Origin: Obrimoposthia wandeli
Taxonomy: Eukaryota
Reading direction: 5' to 3'
Length of the DNA stretch: 64,000 bases
NCBI GenBank assembly: GCA_977020255.1
Contig: CDROCS010001406.1
Span: forward strand, 558,001 to 622,000
Below the pieces are notes generated by a model. That model was given only the letters and a program-made list of their open reading frames with translations, did not search any database and was not told where the DNA came from. Numbering within the stretch: position 1 is the first letter of the stretch; each line of letters opens with the position of its first letter. The translations under genes and the position numbers were made by a program. Shown here in pieces: positions 1 through 15,100 of this stretch.

Positions 1-102
1 ACAGTGGGTGTAACTTATACACTGAATCTGATTGTGAATACGCTAGTTTTCTCAAGTATTCGTCATCTTCTTTGGTACTTACATTAACCTGTCTCTTTCT
101 AG

Positions 103-3100
103 AAACTTAGACAGAGTTTGCAGTAACAAAGGCTTCCTAGACTCGTCTATTTATACTGTAAAATTAACGAATCAAACTAAAGACGATGATGGCAAATCCT
201 CACAATCTTTGCCTCGCTCTTTTGACATCGCTAAGCGAAAACAAAAGTTTCAGGAGGAATATGAGATGAAAATGAAAAGAATAAATGTGAGTAAAATATT
301 AAAATTTAATTTAATTCAACAGTCTTTCTTTCTAATGTTTTTCTCTAAGTCGCATTTTTCAGGATGTATTCACATTCACAATCACATTCGAGCTTAAAAA
401 TTTGTATCTAAATAGTTTATTGAACTTGAAAATATTTTTAATTCTATTACATAATCTTTTCCAGCTGGGATTAAGCCGGCATTCAAAAAATTGTACCACT
501 GTGTAATAAAACTCAGATCGAACTGAAGGTTTGCAAGTAAGTTGTGATCGATGTCTGGCCACCAGTCGGATAAATGTAGAAATGCTGGTCACTCCCACTT
601 TGTGCGAAAATATCTCCAAGGAAAATTAATATTTGTGAATGAAACTTTGGAAATGGTGGCCAGACATCGAACACAACTGGCTTGCAAACTTTCAGTTCGA
701 TCGGAGTTTTATTACTCAGGAAAGTAATTTTTTAAAATCCCCACTGGAAAATATGACGCATTTATATTTACTTACAGAAAAATAAGGACTATCAGATTTT
801 GCAAACAAAACTTGCAAATTGTTGCTGGGAAATACGAGAAAATCTCTTAAGGCTATCCTGGCTGTAAATATAAAAAAACAACGAAAACCCATTCAAAAAG
901 AACTAATTTTAACGCAATACCAGGATGTTTAATCTAATGCAGGTTTATTATATTTATTTTAGAAAAGGACATCAATATCCCCTTTCAATTTTCTCATTTC
1001 AAAGTTTAAACTCTTCAAAATTTTAAATTATTCAGCATGGAATTTAATCCATTTTCAGTTTTAACCCGAAATTCTTGATAACATTTATAAAATCAGCCCG
1101 ACTCGTCTGCGGTGGTCTGTTTTGAGACTGAAATTGACAAGTGGCCCTGCAAGAGCAGCTGTCAAATTGGGACAGATGTGACGTGACGGCATTGTTCAAA
1201 ATCCTTCAAAATCTTCGGATAGAAAGAGAACCTACATACATGATGATGTAACAGAACAGAATGAAAATAAATTATTATTGTTATCTTTAGTGAAGTGTTT
1301 GAAATTTTAACAATTCACAGAATTCCTTCCTTTAACGGTCATGTGTAGAAAAATAAACTCTATGTATATACATGTTGTCGTTAAATAAAAATATATTTGT
1401 TTACATTCATATTTCTATGTTAGGCCAGGGACTTATTGAACGTACCACATATTAAGAATCTTAGGTCAGAAAGAAAACATCCACACCTATGGTTCAAGTA
1501 AAGGGGTTGAGAACTTATCTTAGCAAAATATAGTAAATTTTAATAGAATGGCAGGGGATTTTATTTTAGATATGACGGACTTCGAACCTCTTCAACAAAT
1601 AATTGGTTGACATGTAGATAATATCCATTATGGTATACATTATTATGGTATACATTATTCTGTAATACATTCTTCTCACACCGACACTCTTGTAACATCT
1701 TCTGTGAATAGTTATGCTGCTAATTTATATTCAAGATACTGTAGTTGCCCCCGTATCAGAACATATTCTTTTCAATTGCACCTTTAATCGATTTTGTTCG
1801 ATCTCAGAGCTTAAATCCATATGATCATATCAACTACATCTATAAAGTTAAACATTGAAACAATTATATGGAAATGTTGTTAAACCTATCATTACAATGG
1901 ATCCCATAAAGGATTTAACTATCTGGGCAACCTAAAAAACAGTATCAAAAACCGATCGGAATTAAATTCAGAAAATTAATTTTTCGTATGTTCCATTTAT
2001 ATATATATATATATTACAAAAAAGTAATGCTAGATCTCGAAATAAAAAATTAAAGGGTACAAATGTACAACACTCTTTATTTCAACTACTTAGATGTTAA
2101 AGAAAGGTAACTTTTATTAAAGACAACGTCACCCCTTATTGATTATTGTGGGTTTAACTAAAAAGCTGGCTTTCAATCCTATTGGAACAGTGGTTCAAAT
2201 GTTTGATTAAGAATAAAAAGGTTGATGCTATAACTTAAATAGTGTAAACTTACCCAAAACCTAATACAAATTAAGAACAGAGCTTTGAAAGATTCTATTG
2301 AATTGAAAGTCAATTTTTACCAATTTTTTATTTTTCCCTAGTTTAAATAAATTATCTCAAAATATTTGGACACGAGCATTTTTATCTAAAGAAAATATAA
2401 TGAAATACTTTGAGTTTGGTAATCAGAAGCCGGAAATAGCTTACCGATATTATTTGTCCATATATATCCTGAATACATCAATAAATCTTGTGTTTATGAT
2501 TAAATTCTAATTACATAACTCTTTGTATCTAGTTTCTTTTGAATGACACATTTGAGAGATTGTCTCGTATATCTCTGAAAATGTATTTGCGTATTCTGAT
2601 TTTCAGATAATTTACCTCATTTAGAGTTTGAATGTTATTGCGAATTTGAATATGTAATGGAATATAACGTCCATATAGTCAAAGTTGGATGTATGTCTCT
2701 TAAATTTTAAACTTGTTATTGTATTTATAAAACAAAAGTGATTAAACATCTCAAAAGATTTCATTTTTATTGTTGATGAATCTGTCAGCTAAGTATCCTT
2801 GGATTTGATCATCGCTAAAGGTTAGGCTAATACATTGTTTGAGACACAAGGAATTGGGGATATTTAGAGCTTAACTCCCAGCCATGAAAGATTTCATAGA
2901 ACTTAGTCTCTTGACAACCTTCAATTCGAGTTAGTAGAGCTGATGTCAATAAGGCCAGAAATTTCTCCTGTAAATACTTTCTTTCACCAATGTTGATAGC
3001 TCTAGCGCCAAGCATATATATTATCCCCCGAGAAGCTTTCCGTAAGGGTTGATTGCTCATAAACACGGCATACATGTTTTTCTCCCATTCAAGAAAGCAG

Positions 3101-6100
3101 ATTTCATTAAGTTTTGCCACTCCATTTGCCCATGGTCAGCTAATTTAACAAACAAGCCAAGCAAAAAAGTATGTTAGAAAGTACCTGCTTGGTGTCTGAC
3201 TGGTCTCACACACCACGAAAATGCATTGGTCTGCAGGGATAGCTTTACTGTGGCCGTTAGTTTTTTCTTCTTTTATGATTTTTGCTAGTGGTCTCTCTCT
3301 ACGGGAGCTAAAAAACAATTTTACAGACTGTTATTTTTATTTGACAAACACAAAGAACTACAAGATAACAGCTAAGCATATTGGGTATCCTATTTTAATG
3401 TCGGTAATCGAACTACTAATGTATGAAAGATATGACACATGTCCTGTTCTTTACTTTAGGTTTGGATATATCTGATGAGGATCATTTTGAAGAGGTAGAA
3501 ACATAAAATGAATTGCAAAAGGATGAAAATGATAAACCAACAAAAATTATACAAATTTGTAAACTCTACATTTATAAAAAACATAATGCACATGTAACTG
3601 TTAAAATACTTGGGTTTATCCAATACAAATACAAGATTTTTTACCTGTTACATACGAGATAGTGAATATATCGAAAATTTCATGAAAGATCTGAGTCACA
3701 ATATTGTATATTGCTCTAACATTCAGGTTTACTTACGAAATAGAGAATAAAGTCTGATATTAAAAAGATTTATTTTTAATCGATAGAAGTGTATCAAGTA
3801 TTGAAGTAGGTATTTTTGAGTTTAAAGATAAAATAAATATTTTTTAATTTTGATATTTTTCAAATAAATAAATGTGACAAAAATTTCTTTGATATTTCAA
3901 ATAATTAAAAATCATTAATATATTAATTTATTTTTAATTTATTTAAAAAAATGATAACTTATTTATTCGTATAATCTACATGCATAATTATGGCAAGTAA
4001 TTATTTCAAATTCAGGCTCGTTTGAAATTTTACTATTTAAAAACATTTAAACATTAAAAAAAAATTACAAATATTCTTATGCTATGAATGATAAAAATTA
4101 TATATAATAATATTTAACTTTATATCAAGTCTGTTATTTTAATATTTAGAGGTGTCCAGTTCGGATAAAATCGTTAAGTGTAGTAATAATAAGAATAATA
4201 GTCACATACGTATTTGAAAATTAAAAATTGTAAAACAATAAATAACTTGTTAAATTAAACAAAAAATTAGAATAAATATATAATAAGAATCAGGACTAAC
4301 AATTATAAGAGCATAGTCCCTATTCAGAAATTCTTAGTTGGATTATGGAGAGAGATTAAAAGCCACGTAATGTAGTGATAGAATGCGTGACTTGTAAGTA
4401 GTGAAACTCATGGTTCAATTCCGGGTCGTGGCCACTAATTTTCTCTCAAACTTATTATAGTTTCTTAAATATAATATAAATTATTAAAAAATATTTATAA
4501 TTAATTTAATTGCGTTTAAAAGATAGTCCAATTACATGATGTTCTAGGAACCGAGACTTTACCATTCTAGGTTACTTTATGTGAGGATATTTGTTTGATA
4601 AAGGGTTAACCAAATCTATTAATAATTTAGATGAATTAAGTGAAAAGATTTTATCGTAAATTAAAAGATGTAATTTTAAGTCTTCCAAATAGGTATCACC
4701 TATGAGTAAAAAATAATGGTTCTCAATTTGAAAATGGTTTGTAACAAAAAAGTAAAAAAGTTTTTAATATTATATTTGTGTTTCAATAAATTACTTTTTA
4801 ATAAAGTTATTACTATTACTGATGTCGGATAGCCTTTCTAATCACTCTGTTTATATATTTGATCACTGCTCCAAGGTCATTACTACACTAAATGGTTCTC
4901 ATTTCACAAGAGACCATATTGCGTATATCAATCTCAAAAATAATTTCCTCAAGTATCCTTGTCAACTATTTTCCATTCTTCTTATATTTAATGAAAGAAA
5001 TCAAAATTATTATAAGGATAAAAGCAATTTAATTTTCAAACACACACTTTTATTAAACAAGCTTTACATTTATTTAGATCGGTTTTTTATATTGACATAA
5101 TTTAGAGTTACCTGACACCAAATATAAATGAGAAAAAAATCTCTAATTCTATTCACCATTGTTTATGTTTTTAGAAAACGCTACTCCAAGAGAAACAGGA
5201 AGAAAGAGTACTGAAAAGATATGAAGGAGACATAATTAAGAAACAGTACAATATCAACAAATCAAAACGGCACTTTGAAAATGGTAAGAAATACTAATCC
5301 TCATTTTAAAATTAATTTTAATCAATCAAGTGCTCACGATACCTCGAAAACGTCAATAACATAGATATACTATTAGGTTGAGGAAAAATTAGATGCCACA
5401 ACCGGGGTTTGAACCACGGTGCTCACTTCAAACATGTTGTACGTTAAATTAAGCCACTGAAATTTCTCCCAACAATGTTACACTATTAAAAAAAAATGAG
5501 ACCTTCAAAGATAAGGGTGCGTTCCACTAATTCTTTCAATTTACACGCTCCTCTAATAATAGTCTATATAGTCTATGCCTGCTATGTGTTTTTATACTCT
5601 TGTTTGGAAGGTACACTTTACACTTCTTTTAATATTTTATTTAATAATTTCACTTTTTTAATTCGTAAATAAAGCTTGAGTAAATATTGAATGTATATTC
5701 AAACCAATTCATCGAGCTAGTACTTTTAAATATTTCAATTAATTACTTTAACACTAATATATTAATTTAAAATAACTTTAAAAAAACATTACATTAAACT
5801 TTATTGATACAAAATTGATTATACATTTAAAAAATATTATAACAATTAAAAATTAAACAACTAAAATATTTACATCTGAAAATTTGAACTTAATTAAAAA
5901 CTGTTTTAATTACCTACTGATATTAAAAAGTAACATAGTAGTTTCAAATACGTTTAAAAATAGGAAAAATAAATTTAATTAGTTAGTCTTTTTAATCAAT
6001 AATTAATTAATTTATGTTTTTAAAAAGTTTATGCTTTGTATTTTAATAATTTCCCCTCAAAATATGTATTTTTTGTGCTTTTTAACATTCAAATTAAATT

Positions 6101-9100
6101 TATTTTGTTCCAGGGGTTAGCACCAAAAAGTTTCAGGAAGATTTGAAGCTCAGTCAACAAGCAGAAAATTTTGAAACGCAGCGAAAGAAGTTTTTTTTCG
6201 AGAAAGCAAGAGTATGTCAAAATTTGTATTTCTGTTGAATATCTAATATCGAATTGGGACAAATTTTCATAATGGATAACTTTTGCATATATTTTACCAG
6301 CAGTACTGTTAATTAATAATGCCTAATTAATGCAATTTGAATATTTTGAAAGTTACTCTGTGTTCGTTAGATATTTTAAGGTACTTTTTGTCAATATTTG
6401 AAGGATACAACTGTGCAATATAATTAAAAATAAATTTTAAAATGTCAATAGCTACTTTTTAATGTATTTTTGAAATTTAAAAATATATATGGTACTAAAA
6501 ATTTAAAGAATCATTTATGGAAAATTTTTTCAATTAGAATATTTCTAAAAAAACTCAAAAAAATATGAAACAAGAATTTAATTAATTTTTTTAATCACTA
6601 AGACGAATTGAATGAGCAAATCGAAAAGTGGAATCTATTCTGACTTGTGGAGAGAAGGAAACCAAAACTACAAACTTGGCTAAGAAATTATATTTTAGTC
6701 AGTGAAACTCACCTTCATTTAGAAATCAGAAAATTTATGGCTTAAAGCCTCAAATTTGCGTAGCAGTTTTTTATCAATATTATTTAGATAATTGATACAG
6801 AAGAACAATTAGCTGAAGCTCTCAATCCAACATTAAGTGTATATGATGAACAGGGCCTGTGAGAGGGGGGCAATGGGTCGTTTGACACGGGCCTCTAAAT
6901 TCAAGGGGCCTCCAAATTTTAGATATAAATTTTATAGCAAACTATGCAAACCTTTTAAAAAAATTATTTAATACTTTTACATAGAGCAACAAAAAGTATC
7001 CTTATAATAAAATATAATACAACTATGAGAGGCCCTAATTTTTGGCATAATTCTACTTTCACTTGCCTAAAATAATTTTTTCGTTGAACAACTAACTGCC
7101 GACACAAATTTGATTTTATAAATATTACGTTTAGAACTCAAAATCTGCAAAACTTTCTTACTTAGATTTTTATTTTGGATCAATAAAAACGTACAAATTT
7201 TTAATTTTTTTCAGTTTAAAGGGGGCCACATATATTATCTAACATGGGTCTCCAAGTGGCTCTTACAGGCCTGATGATGAATAGTCAGGGTTATGTGTCA
7301 AATGTTTATTATCTAATAATAAAATTGGGAAATTTGCGAATTATGTAGATATCAAGACAATATAGATGAAAAACGTACAGCAGTGAAATTGACACATAAA
7401 TGGCATTGGGTTAGAGTAACAGGTGGTGAAGAAACTGTAATGAAACCAATTCCAACAGTAGACAAAGAGCACGATGAGTTCCCTAATATGAAAGCTATTG
7501 TTATGTTAAATGATGGGGCCTACAAGTTATACAACTGGATTCAATTTACTCCTTTGGCATAACACATGTTACAAGATAATTTAGTTTGTGCGAAGATAAA
7601 TACTTTCAGAAAAAAATCCAAAAAAGACTCAATGTAATCTACCGTAACACTTTTACACATATACTCTTTTTCAAATTTACATTCATTGTTTTCTAAATAC
7701 TGAATATGCCTAAGCAAGCCGAATTTTTAATCAATATAGTAAAATTATGTTAAATAAATTAATCGTTTATTGACAGTTTTTATGATTGAAGCAGATTTTT
7801 TTGTTGTGCTGCAAAAATTGTTGTAATAAAAATTATACAGATTTTAAAAAATAATTGTGTCTCAGATTTATGTAATTTCTCTCCTCTCGGGGGTTGTCCT
7901 CAAAATCGTCAATGCCGTAAAGGTTACCCCCCTGATATAAATGATAAAAATAAATAATACAAGTAAATATTTTTGAAAAGTTGTGGTTCAGTTTAAATGT
8001 AATGTTGAAAGCAGTTGAAGATCTATTAACCTGAACATTTTTTTACAGGCCAGCAAGGACAGGATGAGAGTTGCTATCAGCGATCGTGTGGATAACATAG
8101 GGAAATCGAGAAAATCTAAACTAAACCTGTGAGTACAGTTGGAAGCATAATTTATGACCAAATTTTAACGTTGAGTAAGACGTGTCAATAATATTATAAA
8201 TTATATTAATGCTTGAGTATGAACTAAAATCTTTAATTTCAAGAAACATATATTATTATTAAACAACAGATGTGTACTAATATTAATTCGTTTATTTCAT
8301 TGAAGTGCTTTTTTGGCTCATATTTAATATACTCATTTATATTGGATTGTTTGAAGGTAATTTGTATTATTATGTTATCTATCAATTTTAAAGAAGTATT
8401 ATATGTTTGGCAAAGCGTTAGCTATCGAAAGGGGAATCAGATAGTATAAATATTAGCTATACATAATGATAATTTGTAGTATAAAAGATAAATGTTAGTT
8501 ATCAAAACGTAGACCAAAATTCAAATTTAATAAGCATCAAGCATTTCAAACAAAAAAAGAAGTATGGTCATTTTGGAAATCTGGAGAAGGGGTATATTCT
8601 GTTACAACCGCATCTGGGTTTTCAAATTTTTGAAAAATTTACCTAAATAAATGAAAATTTCACCTGAATAATGATGAAAAATTAAATCTACGACTGTAAC
8701 TAAAAATTGACTCTAATTATATAAAATATATTAAATAAATGTACACCACACCCTTCCATTATAGAAAACCTCATAATCAAAGAAAAGGAATTAGACAAGC
8801 GTAGGACCCAAATGAATATAATGACGGGTAAACCAAACAAAACTATTTCCTTGGAATTTTCCTTGAAGAGATCCACTGAGTCGCACCATTTAGTGCGTCA
8901 ATATTACTGAGTCCACTGAAAAACCTTAAAACTATAAAATTCATAGGTGTAAAGATAATACATACCTAAAAATTCTAATGTTCAGCTGGACTGGCCTTAT
9001 CCGGTTTTGAAAAAGTAGTACAATGTATATGTAGTGTCGCTTCAAAATCTCGATAAGATTATTTTTTAGCCAACCACACTGTTCTTTCTGAGATTCAGAA

Positions 9101-12100
9101 TCCTTTGAATGTCTATCAACAAATACGTGAAGGCGAAGAACTACAATTAACTTCATTTAATATAAGTCCATCCGTTGGTTTGTGTTCAACAGTTTGACCT
9201 TCAACAAAGAAAGTGATTGTAGGATCGTGGTTGAATACTGAATACCGTATCTGAAGCAAGAGATTTAGCTCGTTTTTTATAACAATAACAACAAGAATAT
9301 ATTTAATATAGCGCTAATATCTAATAATTCTATGATTTATTACCAAAGTGCGACTTTAGTGATGAACAGCCCTCCTATAAATGTGGTTCAAAAATTCTAC
9401 TGTCGTACGGAAAATTCATATTACCCACGTATATTAATATCAGGTGTTTTTAAAAGTATCATTTTCACATTTCTCACACCTTTCGAATGGATTTTAAGTA
9501 ACAATCATAAACAAGATAATTATTGCCACTTTTATAATAAAAAGTTCTGTAATGGAATAAAATAGGAAATTTTCTTCATTAGTAGGTCATCTATCATTTT
9601 TGTTGTTATACTTCATAAATTTAGTCCAAATGTCGTCAGCTATTTTCTTTTAAGAAATATTGATAATATCATAAAGATTGTCTTCAATACTTCATAAATT
9701 TAGTCCACATGTCGTCAGCTATTTTCTTTTAAGAAATATTGATAATATCATAAAGATTGTCTTCAATACTTCATAAATTTAGTCCACATGTCGTCAGCTA
9801 TTTTCTTTTAAGAAATATTGATAATATCATAAAGATTGTCTTCAATATTTAATTTTTTAAAAATCGTGTGATTTTGTTTACAAATAATATCGTATAATAA
9901 TAAGTTTAAATAAATTTCAAATAAACTGTAACAAAAAAAACATTTACACTTTCCAAAAGTAAATTTTATCACTTTAAAAGTGTCAGTCTCGTCCGCTACG
10001 CTAACTTGTGCACAATTTTTTTAATTGTTATCAAATCTGATACTTTTCTTAAACTGGGAAACAAGCATGCTTCGAAATAATTCTCAAACAACTTTCAAAG
10101 ATGATAAATCGAGCGTTACTGAACCAGATAAAAAAACGATCAATATCCTTCAAAATATTTCAAGGAATGGTAAATCAGAAAAATAAACCTGTGTAAAATT
10201 TTCCTGAAATATTCTATTTAAAAAATAAAAGTTCAAAATATAATTTTGTGTTTAATTTTTTTGTATTGGTGAAATATAGCAGGTGGGGATACGTTTTACA
10301 ACATTCGAAATTTAAAAATTTTCTAAATCTTATATAATTATTTAATGAATGAAATATTTGAAAGAAAAATGTTAAGATAAAGATTTGATAAAATTTAGCT
10401 AATTTCAAATAAAAAAATCTTAGTTTGATTATCGAGGAAGATGGTTTAGTAGTAGAATATGCAGCTTAAAAGTTCAATTCCCAGTTGAGACTACTAAGTT
10501 TCTTGCGAACATCTTTTTCGAAAGAAATGAAAAGAAATGCTATTTTGTGAATTACTAGGAATTGAAGTTGTAACTGTTATTTCGAATGACCACATATTTT
10601 TATATCAATTTAAGAATAAGTTCCAAAAATATTATTTTAAGAAAAAATTAACACAGCATACGTCTAATAATACCATTTACGATTCATACAAATTAAATAT
10701 GGACTACAAAATGTGATATTTTTAACTATCTCTAAAATATCCTTAATTTTACTATTTGTTTTATTTGTTTTATTATTTAAAATTTATAAATGATGGAATT
10801 TAAAATCGATAATGAAGCAACAATAATTAGTTAATTTTCTTTATGTTATACACAGTTTGCTTAGATTATGCTTGAGCAATAGACATTCACCAATTGCTAC
10901 AGTTTGTGCATATAATAAAGAAGATAAAGTTAGAAGAGCCCCATTTAATACTATGAAAGTAATTAGAAATAGGAAAAAGTTTGATGGGGAGTTAGCTAAA
11001 TTTGATAGGCCAACATGTTGTGATAGACCCTTTAAAATTGAAAGTATTGGCGATAAAATTAAAGGTGGATAAGCAATAAACTAATAATTATCGGAATGGT
11101 TTGACATCATTATCTGCCAGTGATATTGGCTGTGGTAAAACTACTGTTTACATACACCTGCTTAAAATATAGTTTACAAACCAAGAATCATTCCAGAATT
11201 CTTATCCTTCGATTATGTAACTCTTATTCTATTTCCTGAAAAGGAGTTGAAACATTTAAATATTAATAATGTTTTATGGACAGATGAAGCCTACCTCAGT
11301 CTGAAAGGAGAAGTTAAATATGTCTGAGGTAGTGTTTGGTCTCATGTTTCTGAGGGAATTATGGTAGAAAAGACGTTAGATCAAAAGAGGGTTAAATTCG
11401 GTACCAACGAGACGAATCTGTAATTACCCACAAAGGAGTTCATATCGAAAATTTTAAATTACATTTTAAAAATGCAATATTAAAATAATATTTTAAAATT
11501 GATTATTCTAAAATATATATCATTTTTTGTGTGTGTTTTCACATAGATCGAAGCTGACTCGCGAATATGATGCGAAAAAGAATGAGCTGGAGAACAGTTC
11601 CAAAGAAGTGGTTCGGTTTATGGAGGAATACGAGTCGAAATTGGCGCGAGAAGAAGTGAGTTACACTCATGTGCTACCAAAACTAAACACGATGATCTGA
11701 TAATTACCTTGTGAAAGATGACAGATTTTCAAAGGAGAGACCTCTTATGTCACTCATGAAATAGTTTATTTAGCCAAGGTCCCTAATGAAGTGTGCTCAT
11801 TGCCATAATAAGTGTTTGACAGGGTGAGAAATATTATAAAAGACTCGACATTTGTTGTCTAAACTACTGATTATTAGAAATGAATATGACATTTTTGTAT
11901 TTTGTTTATGTTTAGGATTATTTTACTCTAACGTATTTCATATAGGTTGCCTTATAAAAACTAAACGAAACTTCAATTTTATATTAATTATTAAAATTTT
12001 CACATTAGGCCCATAACTTATGTATATTTGTTGGAAAGATTATGTAAAATTTGTCTTATGTGAGTTTAAGCATTAAAGAGTTAAAAGCAATGATGCTGAA

Positions 12101-15100
12101 CAGCCATTATTGTTTCCAGAACAGGAACCGGATTCTTCATCGAGAACTGGAGGAAATTTCTGAGTGCGTTAACATGGAGATGATGAAACTAAAAACTGAG
12201 CAACGACAGATTGTTAGGTGAATTTGATTTCTTGGTTTTTGTTCAGAGTTATCTCTTATTACAGCAACTTCTGTTAGTACTGTTACATAATATGTATTGA
12301 AATTAATGTAAGTAATTCCATTCTTTAAACAAATTAATAATGTGCAATTTAGAAAACTCTAAACGAAGTAAATGCATTAATGTGTTATTAAATGTAGCAA
12401 CAAACTACTGTATCTTGCAATGCATTCATTTATTTATCCGGTAAATTTCGCTTAATCCGGATTTTTATGGACCCCTTAAATTTCCCCAGATTACAAGAAT
12501 GATCAAAATTATTTAAAGGTAATGAGTAGGGGAATGTATCCGGCGCTATTGGGCGTTAAGTTCAAAATGATATGTGAAAACATGTCTACTATAGTAAATA
12601 TTTTGAGTTAATATATCTACCTTAGTGAATAGGAAATAATATGTACCGGTTTATCTACGATAGTAAAAATATGTGAAGAATTATATATTAAAGTAGAAAA
12701 ATGTGTAAAGATATAGTAGATAATAAAGATGAAATATCTTTTATAGTAGATAATACAAAAATATACATATTTTTACTTTATATAAGCTTCTTATGAGAGA
12801 AAATAATCAATATATATATTTTAGTAACATCTGTACTCTTGGCCTTAAACATATAAGGTTAAGTAGGAATTTTCATTATTTACTTAGGATATTAAACATA
12901 CTCTATGGGTAAAATATTAATAAATTCATGAAAATGTTTACATTACAAGTATTTAACTTCGTATAAGCTTCTTTGGGAGAGAAAAACATTAATATGTATC
13001 TACTTTAGTATCATCTTTACACTGAAGTAAACGTATAGGTAAAACGACACTTAAATGTTGATATATTTTTAGCATTACATCACTGTTATACAGTTAAACA
13101 TCAAACTTTATTTGATAATAAAATCAGGAAAATGGCACTTAAATGTAGTTATAATTTAAGTCAAGATTCATCTCAGTGAAACATTAAACTGCATTTCAAA
13201 ACTGATTATTCACCGGATTAAAATTAGTTTATATTATTATGTTTGAGTTTTCTAAAATTCACCGATATTTGTGAAAAATCGGATTATGCAAAAGTACTGT
13301 AGAACGGATCTATCACGGACCATGTGTATGAAAGACATCGCTTTATTACGACAATTAAAATAGTCCCAAGAAAATTCACACTAATCTTAAAGTATTATTT
13401 TCTTTGTATTGCGGAAGTTATGTTATGCAAATCGCAGACAAAAATTAATGTATGTTGTTTTTTTTCTTGCATTACGGACAAGATTTCTGTTGACACAAAA
13501 CAAAATGCTCGTTTATCTAAATTTTGGTTCTTTTGTTATCATTTTACCGATTGACGTGCTTAATGATGTGATTTGGGGAAGACAACGCATAATGTAAATT
13601 TTGTAATTTTTTAAATACATACAAGTATTTTTAATGTCATGTGAAGTTTCTAAAATGAAAGGGAACGCCGTATAACGGATATATTTGTTCATTTTTATTT
13701 ATGTATTTTTCGGGATGGCAAAAAGTTTTAAAAAATTTGAAGAAGTTAAAGTGATTAAGGATTTCGAAGACAACAAATCAATGTTTCAGTTTTAGAAACT
13801 AAGTATTATGTTGAAAAAAACAAATTTTCACAATTCTAAAGCGAAAAGAATATATTCTTAACAAATTTGGGAAAAACAATTTAAACTCGTAAAGAAAAAG
13901 AAAGAAGCGTAATTTACCTTATTAAGAATTGAATGATTTTGTTTTATAGTGATGCCCGAAGAATATTCTGTTAAGTGGACCAATATTAAAAAAAAAAGTT
14001 GTATTATGTGAAAATTCTAAATCTGCAAATTTAAAGCTTCAACATGTACTTAAAGTTTTCTTACTTAGAGACACAGTATAATAAAATATATTTTTAGTTA
14101 GGTTGCCTTAACTTTTTCTAGAAAACAAACAACATTCAAGGATTCATGATTTATGGTGAATGGTGATGTTGACAAAGCTCAAGTGAATAAATGGAGTGAA
14201 AAAATGCGTAATTTTTGTGTCGGTTTTAAACCTGAGGAAATACTAAATTGCGACGAGAGTGGTTCGTTTTATCAAGCACTGCCAACCAGATCATGAGCAG
14301 TAAAATCATAAAGTTGTAAAGGAAAAAAGACTGTGCTTTAAAATTGTCTACCAGCCTGTTCAAATTGACTATTTTGCGAACTGTAAGACTTGAATGACGA
14401 CGGATACATTCTAACAAATGCATGTATAAATCAAATCGTCGTGTTTCTTCAATTCATGTACAAGCCCCTTGTCACCCAAAAGATCTTCCCATGGTTTTGA
14501 ATGTAATGGTAAAGTTTTTTCCAGCAAATACGAATTCCGTGCCCGAACCTTGTAATTTGGGGAATAAAAACGGTGAAATGTATTTATTGCAAGCAACTAT
14601 TTCTGTCTATATTACCCCGTTTTAGGGGTTTCAGTCATTATGAAGATGATTTCTATTTTATATGCTATTTTCTGGTTTGTCAAAGTATGAAACGAAGTCA
14701 AGTTAGCAATTGTAAGAAAGTTCTCTAAAATGCAAGATTTTCGTTTGGCCTGCCTGTTGATCAAGCTGACCAGACCGTAAGTTCTGATCAATATTAGTTG
14801 CTTCAAGAGATGTTGGACCATATCAATGCAGATATGTCTGTTGATGAATACCCTGGCACTGACAACGTTAACAGGGACTGTGAGAATGAAATGTTTTTTC
14901 GAGCAGCTCAATCAAGTTCCATGCGTGATAAAATAAGTGAAGAGGAAGAAAATATTTCGGAAGAAGAACTGGATACCCCAACTCATAACGAAATAATAAC
15001 ATTTTCTCAGCGATTCTCGCAACTCGAAGACTATTCAGATTTGGCTTTTAATATTGCGGCCAATAGGAGAAAATCTGAAACTTCAATCGATAAAAAGTCA

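Noticed and set aside
75-102. 28-nt intron linking a frame-3 upstream exon
   Set aside because: Splicing it leads to an in-frame stop, so the phase is incompatible.
4363-4440. Functional tRNA gene
   Set aside because: A/B boxes are present but I could not fold a clean cloverleaf, and the tail is shared with another degenerate copy, so a SINE is more likely.
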